Below, piece by piece: positions 26,800-36,203 of a DNA stretch of 64,000 bases; within the stretch, counting starts at the first letter, position 1, and each line of letters begins with the position of its first letter. The DNA is taken from IMG/VR virus record IMGVR_UViG_3300005673_000094, positions 1-64,000 of that record; one strand, written 5' to 3'. The translations under genes and the position numbers were made by a program. The DNA comes from a virus. Under the pieces are notes generated by a model. The model saw nothing but the letters and a program-made list of their open reading frames with translations, was not told the DNA's origin and did not search any database.

Positions 26800-27248
26800 G
26801 GCGATACCCTCCGAATGACCGCATTGAGATCGGCAACCGTTGCCGGAGATTCCGGAGACGACGCCTGCGGCTCCAGAACGGTCCGGCGCAGCACGTCGAG
26901 AGCCTGGTCGCGCTCGCGGCGCGCCCGGTCCTGCTCGGCCCGCAGCCGGGCGATCTCCGCCGCCTCCGCCGCGTTGTCGGTCGCGTCCTTCTTCGCCACC
27001 TTGCCTTGCAACTCGATCTTCTGGCCGCGGAAATCGGCCTCGCGCTCGCGATACCCCTGGCGGTGCATCCACCAGCCGAACAAGGCGACCGCCACCACGG
27101 CCACGATGCCGACCTTGATCATCGCCGTCGCCGACGTCTCGGGCGGGTCGTATCGCCACGCCTCGATCCGGTCTCGCACCCGGTCTCGGCCCGAGCGGAA
27201 CGCGCGCTTCACCGCGCTCGCCGCTGCTGCCGCTGTCAGAACACTCAT
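26796..27248 (-). CDS. i-spanin-like protein
   Basis: Single TM plus coiled coil directly after the endolysin. Confidence 0.65.
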   Translation of the reverse strand: MSVLTAAAAASAVKRAFRSGRDRVRDRIEAWRYDPPETSATAMIKVGIVAVVAVALFGWWMHRQGYREREADFRGQKIELQGKVAKKDATDNAAEAAEIARLRAEQDRARRERDQALDVLRRTVLEPQASSPESPATVADLNAVIRRVSP

Positions 27249-28570
27249 GTCGACCCCCCGGTCGGTTGCAGGTCGAGCCCCTTGCGATACGCCTCCACCT
27301 TCGCGCGCTCGACACCCTTCGCCGCGAACCAGATCAGCACCCCGATCAGGATCGCCACCCCACTCCCCACTACAATGAGTCCGCCAGGGCTCAACAGCCA
27401 CCCGAAGGCAGAATGAATCTCATCGGCTCGCTGCTTGGCCTCGTTGATGGCCGTCAGCGTCGTCGGGACGTCGCCAGCCGGCATGGTGATTCCGAAGAAG
27501 CTGAGCACCGACGACACGATGGTCAGAGCCTTCGCGCCGAGTTTCACGCGCTGTGCCGCCTTGACCTCGGTCGAGCCGTTGGCCGCCAAGTCGGCCGCGG
27601 TCGCGTTCGTCCGCGCCTCCGACACGGGTGCCGGGGCCGTCGTCATCAGGACGTCGAGCGTCCGCGGTCCGATCTCGCCGTCGACCTTGAGCCCGTGCTC
27701 GCTTTGGAACGCGACCACCGCACGCCGAGTCAACACCCCGAACGCGCCGTCGACCTCGCCGCACGGGTAGCCCAGGGCGACCATCTTCTCCTGCGCCGCC
27801 TTGATCTCGGGGGACTGGTCGCCCTGCCGCCAGATCTTGGCATCGACCAGATCTCGGTCAGACGTGGCCGGCCAAACGCCCTTGGCCTTGGCGGTCCACC
27901 GGCGGCGGCCGTCGAGGTTGTTGGTGATGGACTTCTTCGACGGCGAGCCGGTGTTGAGCGCGGCCGACACCGAGTCGACGTCGTCCGCCTCGGCGTACCG
28001 GGCCAGCCCCTTGAGGTGCCAGTCCGCGAAGGCGGAGCGCACGCCCCACTCCGGTTGCTCCAGCGCCTCGGGCTCGTTGATCAGTGACGGACAGGCCCGG
28101 CCGCCGGGCTGCCTCCTGATCTCCTCCTCGATCGCCTCGTAGTTCGACAGGTGGGTGATCTGAGTGGGGCCGCGTCCAATGTACTTGCCGCACATCACCG
28201 GAGTCCCCTCGCGGCCGCCGTAGACGAAGGCGGCCAGACGCTCGGGCTCGTTGACCAGCGACTGCGCAAGCTTTGCCACCGTGCCGTACTGCTCGCGGCA
28301 GTCGTCGAGGTTCTCGGACAGCGCCTTGCGCAGACGGAACCCGTACACCTCGCGAATCCGCTCCGCCGTGGTGAAGCGCATGTTCTCGCGCATCGCCGTG
28401 AGCGCGAGTCCGTTCGTCTCCGCACCCCATTGACCCGCGAAGTGTACCCATTGCTGCCGATTCATGCGGTAATGCCGCATGAGTTCCCCCGACAACTTCG
28501 TCATCGCCTCAGACCACACACCTTGTGCCTGAGGCGCGAAGCGATCCATGTCGCGCCGCGTGATTTCCAT
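27245..28570 (-). CDS. Endolysin: GH19-like lysozyme + PG-binding domain + C-terminal TM helices
   Basis: F.GQ..AET; YIGRGPTQIT..NY; VDG.FG..T..AV.AFQ..HGL.VDG.IGP.T. Confidence 0.88.
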   Translation of the reverse strand: MEITRRDMDRFAPQAQGVWSEAMTKLSGELMRHYRMNRQQWVHFAGQWGAETNGLALTAMRENMRFTTAERIREVYGFRLRKALSENLDDCREQYGTVAKLAQSLVNEPERLAAFVYGGREGTPVMCGKYIGRGPTQITHLSNYEAIEEEIRRQPGGRACPSLINEPEALEQPEWGVRSAFADWHLKGLARYAEADDVDSVSAALNTGSPSKKSITNNLDGRRRWTAKAKGVWPATSDRDLVDAKIWRQGDQSPEIKAAQEKMVALGYPCGEVDGAFGVLTRRAVVAFQSEHGLKVDGEIGPRTLDVLMTTAPAPVSEARTNATAADLAANGSTEVKAAQRVKLGAKALTIVSSVLSFFGITMPAGDVPTTLTAINEAKQRADEIHSAFGWLLSPGGLIVVGSGVAILIGVLIWFAAKGVERAKVEAYRKGLDLQPTGGST

Positions 28571-28594
28571 GATCAGCCGCCCCCTAGCGGATCA

Positions 28595-29410
28595 TCAGTT
28601 GAGAGGCCCCAAAATCTCCACCAACGTCGACAAGGCGTCGACATACTGGGTGCCGTAGTTTGTCGATTGACCGATATAGTAAGGCTTCCAAATCAGAGAC
28701 ACAGCCCCGCGCGAGTCAACGATAGGGTGAGCAAGACCCATTCCCGTGGTGGTCAGAAAAGTTGCGCCTTGCACACTCGTGAAGGCAGGCATGGGTATTG
28801 GATAGCATCTGGTCGTCATGTTCGGCGTCGTCGTGCGCCTGCGCATCAGCCACGACTGGTTCGGCTTTGGCCAGTAGGTCAGCGTGGGCCTTGCGACATA
28901 CGTGATCACGCCGATCCTGAACCGCAGACGGAAGTCGTCGACTGATGTTTTCAAGGTCGCCAGCGCATCGATCATCGAGGCCGGATCGTCCGATCGCGCC
29001 AGCACCGGCCGCGTGCGCCCGTCCGAAGCCCAGCGATAGTATCCGTACCGACCCTGCGCGCTTTTGTTGTAGGCCGGGCTCGGGATCGTGCCGGCGTGCT
29101 CGCTTGGCAGTCGCAAGTACCACGAAAAGCGATTGCTCGTGTTTACCACGTGCATCAGATACGGGTTCGATCCTTCCCACACGTCACCGTAAGGTCCGGT
29201 CGCAAACGGATCCGTCAGCGCCGCGACAATAGGATCGCCAGACGGCACATGGTGAACTGCAACGCTCTGAACCGCTTGGCTCTCTTCGTACTCATCGACG
29301 GCGTCGAGCCCGATACGCAGCGTGGAGCCAGACAGCGCCGCGTCGACCAAGGCGCCAACCGAGCCAGACACGCAGGCGCCAGAACTTGTGGTCTCGTAGA
29401 GGATCGACAC
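28595..29410 (-). CDS. Hypothetical protein
   Basis: Long ORF between tail and lysis modules. Confidence 0.55.
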   Translation of the reverse strand: MSILYETTSSGACVSGSVGALVDAALSGSTLRIGLDAVDEYEESQAVQSVAVHHVPSGDPIVAALTDPFATGPYGDVWEGSNPYLMHVVNTSNRFSWYLRLPSEHAGTIPSPAYNKSAQGRYGYYRWASDGRTRPVLARSDDPASMIDALATLKTSVDDFRLRFRIGVITYVARPTLTYWPKPNQSWLMRRRTTTPNMTTRCYPIPMPAFTSVQGATFLTTTGMGLAHPIVDSRGAVSLIWKPYYIGQSTNYGTQYVDALSTLVEILGPLN

Positions 29411-29422
29411 CGTTACCTCCGA

Positions 29423-29965
29423 TCAGAAAGCAGCCGCCAGCGCAATGATTTCCTGGGACGGAACTGGCCAATGATCATCGGCCTTGTACGTATCGTCGCC
29501 CGCCACGATGAGGTCTCTGCACTTGGTTCGCATCGCTGCGATCCAGTCGAGACCCGCCTTGTACGTGACGAGATCGGCCGGCGACAGAGAGTCGCCAGCA
29601 GCCGCGGCAGCCAAGTTGATCTGGGCGGTCTCATTCACGACCGCCAGTATTCGGCGTCGGCACTCGGCCTTGATCGCTGGCGATAGTGTGTCCTGCGCTG
29701 TTGCCACGCGCCAACCGTCACGCGACTTGACAAGCCTTGCATCCCAAGAGCACGAGATGGCAAAGCGCCCGTCAGCGTCCGCCAGGCGCTTACGGCCAAC
29801 GTCGTCAACGAACCACTCCGTCGTGTCGGCAGCGTCAACGATCGAGCCTTCCACACAGCGCAGCCTGTCGTCCGGAAGGGACAGCAGAAGATCTGGAATC
29901 GGAACCCCCGAAACATCTCCGCTCGCCCTTGCGAGCACGATGTCGTCGTCGACAATGGCTTTCAT
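29423..29965 (-). CDS. Tail fibre assembly chaperone-like protein
   Basis: IKAECRRRI..Q.N..WIAAMR..D..WP; follows fibre gene. Confidence 0.65.
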   Translation of the reverse strand: MKAIVDDDIVLARASGDVSGVPIPDLLLSLPDDRLRCVEGSIVDAADTTEWFVDDVGRKRLADADGRFAISCSWDARLVKSRDGWRVATAQDTLSPAIKAECRRRILAVVNETAQINLAAAAAGDSLSPADLVTYKAGLDWIAAMRTKCRDLIVAGDDTYKADDHWPVPSQEIIALAAAF

Positions 29966-29985
29966 CACGGCCAACCCCCATTTGG

Positions 29986-31170
29986 TTACGCGTGGACCCG
30001 CAGCGTGGCTGCGGGCTCGGCGTAGTTTGCAGAAACGTAGTAACCAGTGACCTCGTAGGTGAACGAGTACCTTGTGCTCGGAGTGGCCACCAACGTGCCA
30101 AACGCAACAAGCGCCTCATTATCAACCGTCATGTCACAGTCGGCTTTCTGAAGTTCAAACTGCGGCGATCGCGCCCAGTTGATCGTTCCCGTCAGCTTAG
30201 GAACTGAAGAACGTGTCGCGTAGTTGGTCGCGGAACCGGACCTGACGTAAGTAGCGCTCAACAGCGCCTTGTTGGCCAGCGCCGTGATCGTAAGGGCATT
30301 GGAGCCATTCGTGACAACGCGCGCGACAAGCATGTCGTCGAAGGTCGTATCAAACGTCGCATCTGTTTCGGCCAGAGCACTCGGATTATATCCGACATCC
30401 GCCAAATCTTCGAGGACGAACCGGCCCGACGGGTATGTCGCGGCGGGAGTCGCATCGCCAGTGCCGGGGGCGTGCCAACGCAAATGGTAGGTCTTGTTTG
30501 CAAGGGTGGCGAACGTGCGCGCACCGGAATCCAGTGCCGTAGAGTTGAACAGACCCCAGCCGCGGTGTCGCCAGCCTAGCCCGGTGTTGATCGTCATCGT
30601 GCCAGTGCCGGAGGTGAAGGTCAGGATGTTGCTCGTCGCCGTGATCTCAGGATGGATCGGCAGCCCAGGCCCGCGAGCCGACGCCCACGGCTTCAGCATG
30701 AATGCGCCCACGCCGCCGTTCAATGTGGCATCGTAGATCAGTTGGCACAGCAAAGACTTGATGATCGACCCAGGGGCGAGCGGCGCGCCGAAGTCAGACC
30801 GGATCTGCTTGCTCCCGATGCCGAACGCGTTGATCGTCGACACGTCGGTGTTGGTGTTGGCCGGAAAGAACTCAACCGTCATGCCCGTAAAGTAGGCCTT
30901 CGGCGGCTGATACGAGCCGAGCGCCGTCAGCACGTAGGCGTTCGCCGATCCACTGTCGGTCCCGTGATACCCGCCACCAGCAGAGTACCGCGCGACAGCC
31001 TGGGCAAGCTGCTGCTTGTCGGTGTCGGGTCCGCCGTAAGGGTCTGGCGTGATCCCAGCCGTGACGACCGTTTTGTCCAACTCGTAGAATCGCACCGAGT
31101 CCTCGGCAGCCGACAGCCGCCCGTCGGCGTTGGCTCCGGAGTTCTCAACCTTGACCTGATAAGCGCGCAT
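29986..31170 (-). CDS. Tail fibre protein (baseplate-attached)
   Basis: AGITPD..QLAQAV anchor; follows gp48-like gene. Confidence 0.75.
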   Translation of the reverse strand: MRAYQVKVENSGANADGRLSAAEDSVRFYELDKTVVTAGITPDPYGGPDTDKQQLAQAVARYSAGGGYHGTDSGSANAYVLTALGSYQPPKAYFTGMTVEFFPANTNTDVSTINAFGIGSKQIRSDFGAPLAPGSIIKSLLCQLIYDATLNGGVGAFMLKPWASARGPGLPIHPEITATSNILTFTSGTGTMTINTGLGWRHRGWGLFNSTALDSGARTFATLANKTYHLRWHAPGTGDATPAATYPSGRFVLEDLADVGYNPSALAETDATFDTTFDDMLVARVVTNGSNALTITALANKALLSATYVRSGSATNYATRSSVPKLTGTINWARSPQFELQKADCDMTVDNEALVAFGTLVATPSTRYSFTYEVTGYYVSANYAEPAATLRVHA

Positions 31171-31190
31171 GTCGTTTCATCCCCTCAGTC

Positions 31191-31832
31191 TCAGCAGGAA
31201 ATCGGCGGAGTGTTGTTCCAGATCACGACGACGTTCGCGGGTCGAATGCGCTCGATCATGCACATGAAGTCGTCGCACAGATCGCCAGTGCCGTAGGTCG
31301 CCGGATAGTCGTAATTGTACCCCTCACCGCCACAACCACCGACCACATCGATGTAGACGCGGAACCGACCGAGCTTCGGCAGGTTGCGGTAGTAGATGGG
31401 GTAGCAGCTCGGATAGAGCGACGGCTTCTGGACCAGCCACCCCGGCGTGATCGTGATTTCCAGGCCGTACAGCGCGGCGAGATCGTGCCAGTCCTGCGCC
31501 GTCGTCCAGCGCCGCTTGTCGAGGCGCCACATCACCCACGCGCGCCGCTCCTCCAGCGTCTGAGCGTCAGGCAGGCACGGGTCGGGAAGACCCATCGCGG
31601 TCTCCCACTCGGTGATCATGTCGGTCGTGGTGCGCGGATCCAGTTCGGTCGCCAGTCGGCACAGCGCTTCCCAGGCATCCTCGAAGGATTGACCGAGCGC
31701 CCACAGCAGCCGCCAGGCCGTGGTCCCAGGTCGGCGGAACATCTCCCACGCCACGCCAGTCGGCAGGTGCGCGTCAAGCACCTCCTGCGATCGATCTCCG
31801 GGCTCAAGATAGTGGCAGGTCGGCGTCGTCAT
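31191..31832 (-). CDS. Baseplate wedge protein, DUF2313/Mu gp48-like
   Basis: LPTGVAW; ELDP.TT..I.EWE..GLPD.C; RPAN. Confidence 0.88.
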   Translation of the reverse strand: MTTPTCHYLEPGDRSQEVLDAHLPTGVAWEMFRRPGTTAWRLLWALGQSFEDAWEALCRLATELDPRTTTDMITEWETAMGLPDPCLPDAQTLEERRAWVMWRLDKRRWTTAQDWHDLAALYGLEITITPGWLVQKPSLYPSCYPIYYRNLPKLGRFRVYIDVVGGCGGEGYNYDYPATYGTGDLCDDFMCMIERIRPANVVVIWNNTPPISC

Positions 31833-33169
31833 GCGAAGGTGACCTCGCCAAGCGCGGGCAACTCGTTGGCGCCGACTGTGACGTCAGAGGCCGGATCGGC
31901 AAGCGTGAACGACACCACCTTGGCCCTCCCCTCACGGTCATAGGTCTCTCGCACAGCACAGAGGATGGCGTCGTGCGGGATATTGGTGGCGTAGTCGACC
32001 GACTCGCCGAAGAACTGCTCCAGACGCGCGATGATCGCCCGACGCATCGAAGCGGTGTCCGGGACAAGCGACGCGATGTCGATGTCGACGTCCAGCTTGG
32101 TCGGCGCCGCAACCACGACATCTTCCGGCGCCGTGTGGGCCGGCATGATCATGCTGTGAATCTTCTCGCGCACCGTCTCGACCTCGAAGGAGGACGGATA
32201 CGGGTTGGCGTCATCGTCGCGCATGAAGGCGATCTTGACCTGCCCGTCGTAGACCCCGTTGGTGCCGTTCTCGGTCGCCTTGCGCACCCAAACGCGCGTT
32301 ACACCTGGCACCGACTTCGCGACGATCTCGATCTCGTCCGCGGTGAACATGCCGAAGTCGGTGCCGAGCGCCTTGAGGATGCGGGCCCGGTAGGACTCCG
32401 TCGTCTCTGCGTCCGTCCCGCCGCCGATCTCGCCAAACGTGACGATGGCCTGCGCAGCGGCGCCCGACGGCGGGTTGGAGATCGTCAGAGTCGACCCCGC
32501 GTCGAGGTTCGTGCTTTGCCCGGTTTCGTCGGACACGATCGTCGCAATCGCCCACGACGCCGTCATGATCGGCGACCCTGTTGCCGGCGTGGTCGGCGTG
32601 GCGTCGACAAGGTCGAACGTGAACTCGTTGGGCGCCGTGACCGTAATCGTCCACGATCCGTTGTAGTCGGTCTGGGTTGCGCCAGAGATCGCAACCGTCA
32701 TCCCAGTTGCGAGAAAGTGCTCGGACGACGTCTCGAATATCGCAGTCGAACCTGATCGTGTCAGCGAGGCCGCGTTGAGCGACTGCGTAGCGATCGCCGT
32801 TGACGCCTCGACCCGGTAGGTGACGTTGGAGCCGACCATCTCGGTGCCTGCATCGATGATCGTGCCGGCCGCGCCGATGATGACCACGCGCCCCGAAGCC
32901 GCCGCCGCCTCGTAGGGCGCGAGATTGGTCACATCGCGCCACCAGCCATTACGCAGAAACGCGCTCGACGCACGCTGTGGAAACGGCTCGTTGTCAGCGT
33001 AGCGCTTCAACGCCACGTACCAGTCGTGCAGGGCAGAGGCGACGGACTTGACGAGCCCGCCGATGAACGAGCGCCGCGATGTTGACGGGTCGAGTTCGGG
33101 CAGCGCCTCGCGCGCATAGCCCTGCAGCCCAGCGACGACGCCAGCTCTCTGTGGAATCTGTAGCGGCAC
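31829..33169 (-). CDS. Baseplate J/Mu gp47-like protein with FCCH-like beta insert
   Basis: GGTDAET..YRARIL; SVPGVTRVW; ELP.LG.VT. Confidence 0.9.
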   Translation of the reverse strand: MPLQIPQRAGVVAGLQGYAREALPELDPSTSRRSFIGGLVKSVASALHDWYVALKRYADNEPFPQRASSAFLRNGWWRDVTNLAPYEAAAASGRVVIIGAAGTIIDAGTEMVGSNVTYRVEASTAIATQSLNAASLTRSGSTAIFETSSEHFLATGMTVAISGATQTDYNGSWTITVTAPNEFTFDLVDATPTTPATGSPIMTASWAIATIVSDETGQSTNLDAGSTLTISNPPSGAAAQAIVTFGEIGGGTDAETTESYRARILKALGTDFGMFTADEIEIVAKSVPGVTRVWVRKATENGTNGVYDGQVKIAFMRDDDANPYPSSFEVETVREKIHSMIMPAHTAPEDVVVAAPTKLDVDIDIASLVPDTASMRRAIIARLEQFFGESVDYATNIPHDAILCAVRETYDREGRAKVVSFTLADPASDVTVGANELPALGEVTFA

Positions 33170-33202
33170 GCATCCCTCCGTCCTTGACCAGTTGGCCGTC
33201 TA

Positions 33203-34006
33203 CTACAGTTTCCAGATTTCGAGACGCGCGAAGATTTCGACAGAGCCAAAGTTGCTGGCTGTCCCAAGGCCGTTTGATGCCTTCGATGTCTGGCATCGGT
33301 GCTCAATGGTGAACGTCTTGGAACCAGCAATCGTGACAACCGCAGACCCTTCGCTGATCGACCACCCAGAACCGGTGGAGATCGAAAAAGCCTGGACGCC
33401 GACGCCGGCGTCGGTGCTGTCTGTCGTGTTTCGCAACCACGTCTTGTGGGCGTCGACTGAAAACGCTGGTGCAGACCAGCGGAAGCGGTATGTGCCGGCG
33501 GGCAACGTGACAGCATTAGCTGAAAGAGACGCAAGAGACGCAACGTTTCTCACGAGCGTGTTGAGCACTCGCGTTGCTCGGGCACCGGACGTAAAAGTCC
33601 CGCCCTCAGTGTTGGCCGCCTTCTGATCCTCGACGATGACATCGGGGGCCGGGCTTGTACCTGGGCTGACCGCCAGAGCAGTCCCGCTCACCCTCTGGTA
33701 GCTTGTCACCCGCCAGTTGCCGGACCCGTCGGACTCAGCCTCGCACACATCACCCGCTGCCGTGGTGATATTGGCGCCGGTCGGAAGGATCAACGTGGTC
33801 ACGTTGTGCGTGAGAGTGAGCACGCCAGAGAAGCGGATGCGGCGGCGACGGTTGGCAACCGTGCCGAAGCTCGTGATGGTCGTTGTGCCGGTGATCTCCA
33901 CTCGCGTTGTCAGCGCGGCGCCGATGTCGCAGGTGGATGCAGACGCGACGGCGGTCTCCGCCAAGACGCGGCCCCGAAGGATGTCGCCGACCAGTTGCTC
34001 CAGCAT
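33203..34006 (-). CDS. Tail fibre/appendage-like protein
   Basis: Shares the ASA.TCDIG..ITGTTTITSFG..LILPTGANITTAAGD module with the next two genes. Confidence 0.65.
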   Translation of the reverse strand: MLEQLVGDILRGRVLAETAVASASTCDIGAALTTRVEITGTTTITSFGTVANRRRRIRFSGVLTLTHNVTTLILPTGANITTAAGDVCEAESDGSGNWRVTSYQRVSGTALAVSPGTSPAPDVIVEDQKAANTEGGTFTSGARATRVLNTLVRNVASLASLSANAVTLPAGTYRFRWSAPAFSVDAHKTWLRNTTDSTDAGVGVQAFSISTGSGWSISEGSAVVTIAGSKTFTIEHRCQTSKASNGLGTASNFGSVEIFARLEIWKL

Positions 34007-34015
34007 GGTTTCCCC

Positions 34016-36196
34016 TTAAGCAGCGATCGCTTGCAGTTCTGCGTCGGTGAAGTCGCGCGTGAACCATGCCACACGTCTGATGATGCCAGTGAATAGGGAC
34101 GCTGCGTCTGCACGCCGACCGATGTATAGATGAGTGGCTGTCGGAATAGTCGCTACGTTATCCACGGCGACTGTGCTTCCGTCGCGACTTCCTGCGATGT
34201 CATTTGTGGCAAACGACACCGCTGCCTTAAATGTCTGGCCCACAGACATTGCGGCGCCCATCGAAGCGAATGCCTGCGCGACACCATCATCGAGTACGGA
34301 ATACGCGGGTTGATTGCCGCTCGTGAACAAAATAGAGCATCTATCGGCATTTGTACCGTTGTTGAACTCCACAACAACCTGCTCAAATCCAGTAGCGTTC
34401 AGCGTAGTAATGCGTGCTTCCACGAACAGCGTGCCCCGCACTGACGGGTCGCCCGGCAGCGCACTCGTGAGGATCGAGATCGCATCCGCATTCCGAGTTG
34501 CGGTTGTGCCGGCAGTGGGGATGTAAGAGGTCGGCTGCGATCCAAGTTCGAACTGACCACATCCGATGTGAATGCCCGATGTGCCATCACCCGTGAACGA
34601 GGTCGACGTGCCGTTATCGAGCGCGATCCGTAGATTGATATTGGTGTCCGTGCCGCCGAGCGTGACCGCAACCCAGCATCGATAGAGCCCGCCACCCCAA
34701 TCTTCGATGCCGGAGCCCGCAACAACAGCGTCGGCGCCTGATGTCGCTCCAACAACAGTCCCGGTGGACGCGTTGAAAGTGCATCCGCCATACCGTGCTA
34801 GCGTCGTGCCCTCGTAGATGGCGAGATGCACGCGCGAGAACTCGGCTTGGCGAACGAAGTGCGAGAACACATAGGTGCTGGTGTTGGTCGTGCCTGAAAT
34901 TGTCTGCGTTCGCGTGTGCGAGTTGGGCAGCGCGGTAGCGACGATCTTCTCAAGCGTCAAAGCGCCTGTTGGCCCGGCAGCAGAGTTTGCAGCAACCGTC
35001 GTCTGAAAGCTCGACCACGGCGACACGTCAAGTTCCTCAGACCTAAGTAGCAGGTTCGTCGCCGCCGGCTCGACCAAGATCCCCAGCAGCACGCCCGTCA
35101 CGGGGTCGTGCTGGTACCGCAGCGTATTGGCCGCGGCGTACTTGTAGACCCGATCTCTGTCGACGTAGCCGGCATTGGTTCCAGAGCGGGTGACGGTGAG
35201 CAGATCCTCAGGTTTGCCCGCGTTGGACTTCGCACCAGAGTAGTCGGCGATCAGGGCCGACCGCGACGGTGCGTCGATCGCAAACCCCTCCTCGCCGGCC
35301 AGAATGTCCTCGGCGCACAGGATGGTGTCTCGCGTCTCGGTCAGCGCTCTGCCGCTCGCACGCCCGAACCACAGGCACCGCCACTGACCTGAGCCGTTGG
35401 AGGCGAAGATCGCCATGTCTCCGGCAGCCGTGGTGATGTTCGCGCCCGTCGGCAGGATGAGCGTCGTGGCGTTGTGTGTGAGCGTCAGCGCGCCAGAGAA
35501 GCGGACGAACCGGAACCGGTTGGCGACAGACCCCAGCGAGGTGATCGTCGTTGTGCCTGTGATCTCCACGCGTACCGACGTGGTGGCTCCGATGTCGGTC
35601 GTCGAGGCAGACGCCACCACCGCCTCGGCGACATTCAGGTATGCCTGCGCGAATGCCGTGGTGGCGATCTGTGTCGTGCTCGTTCCGCCCGCCGCAGTCG
35701 GTGCGGTCGGCGTCCCGGTCAGCGCTGGAGACGCAAGCGGCGCCTTGAGCGCCAGGGCTGCAGTCAGCGTGGCCACGTAGTTCGGATCGTCGCCGAGCGC
35801 CGCAGCGAGTTCGTCGAGCGTATTGAGCGCGCCCGGCGCTGCAGCGATCAAAGCATTGATCGCTGCCTGCACAAACGCGGTTGTCGAGAGTTGGGTCGTG
35901 TTGGTGCCCAGGCTCGCAGTCGGGGCGGTCGGTGTGCCGGTGAACGGGACGCTGTTCAGGTCCATCAGATTGAACGGCAGCTTGCCGCCTGCCCCGAGCA
36001 GAGGGATTGTCCCCTCAGAGGTGCCGACCGCGTAGCCGAACGAATCGCCCGCCTTGGACAGGATGTAGGCCCACAGGGCGCGCCACTTGTACGGGGTCGG
36101 CCGAACTGCGGCGACCGACTCTGCCCCGAGCAGAATCGCGTCATCCCCAGGGCTGGAGTCCACCAGTACGTTCGGGTCTCCGAGGTTGAAGGTCAT
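34016..36196 (-). CDS. Fibre/spike protein with C-terminal LamG-like carbohydrate-binding domains (paralog 1)
   Basis: TGTPTAPT..ATTAFV; APGALNTLDELAAALGDD; GILVEPAATNLL; TSYIPT..TRNAD. Confidence 0.8.
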   Translation of the reverse strand: MTFNLGDPNVLVDSSPGDDAILLGAESVAAVRPTPYKWRALWAYILSKAGDSFGYAVGTSEGTIPLLGAGGKLPFNLMDLNSVPFTGTPTAPTASLGTNTTQLSTTAFVQAAINALIAAAPGALNTLDELAAALGDDPNYVATLTAALALKAPLASPALTGTPTAPTAAGGTSTTQIATTAFAQAYLNVAEAVVASASTTDIGATTSVRVEITGTTTITSLGSVANRFRFVRFSGALTLTHNATTLILPTGANITTAAGDMAIFASNGSGQWRCLWFGRASGRALTETRDTILCAEDILAGEEGFAIDAPSRSALIADYSGAKSNAGKPEDLLTVTRSGTNAGYVDRDRVYKYAAANTLRYQHDPVTGVLLGILVEPAATNLLLRSEELDVSPWSSFQTTVAANSAAGPTGALTLEKIVATALPNSHTRTQTISGTTNTSTYVFSHFVRQAEFSRVHLAIYEGTTLARYGGCTFNASTGTVVGATSGADAVVAGSGIEDWGGGLYRCWVAVTLGGTDTNINLRIALDNGTSTSFTGDGTSGIHIGCGQFELGSQPTSYIPTAGTTATRNADAISILTSALPGDPSVRGTLFVEARITTLNATGFEQVVVEFNNGTNADRCSILFTSGNQPAYSVLDDGVAQAFASMGAAMSVGQTFKAAVSFATNDIAGSRDGSTVAVDNVATIPTATHLYIGRRADAASLFTGIIRRVAWFTRDFTDAELQAIAA

Positions 36197-36203
36197 GGCT
36201 CCA

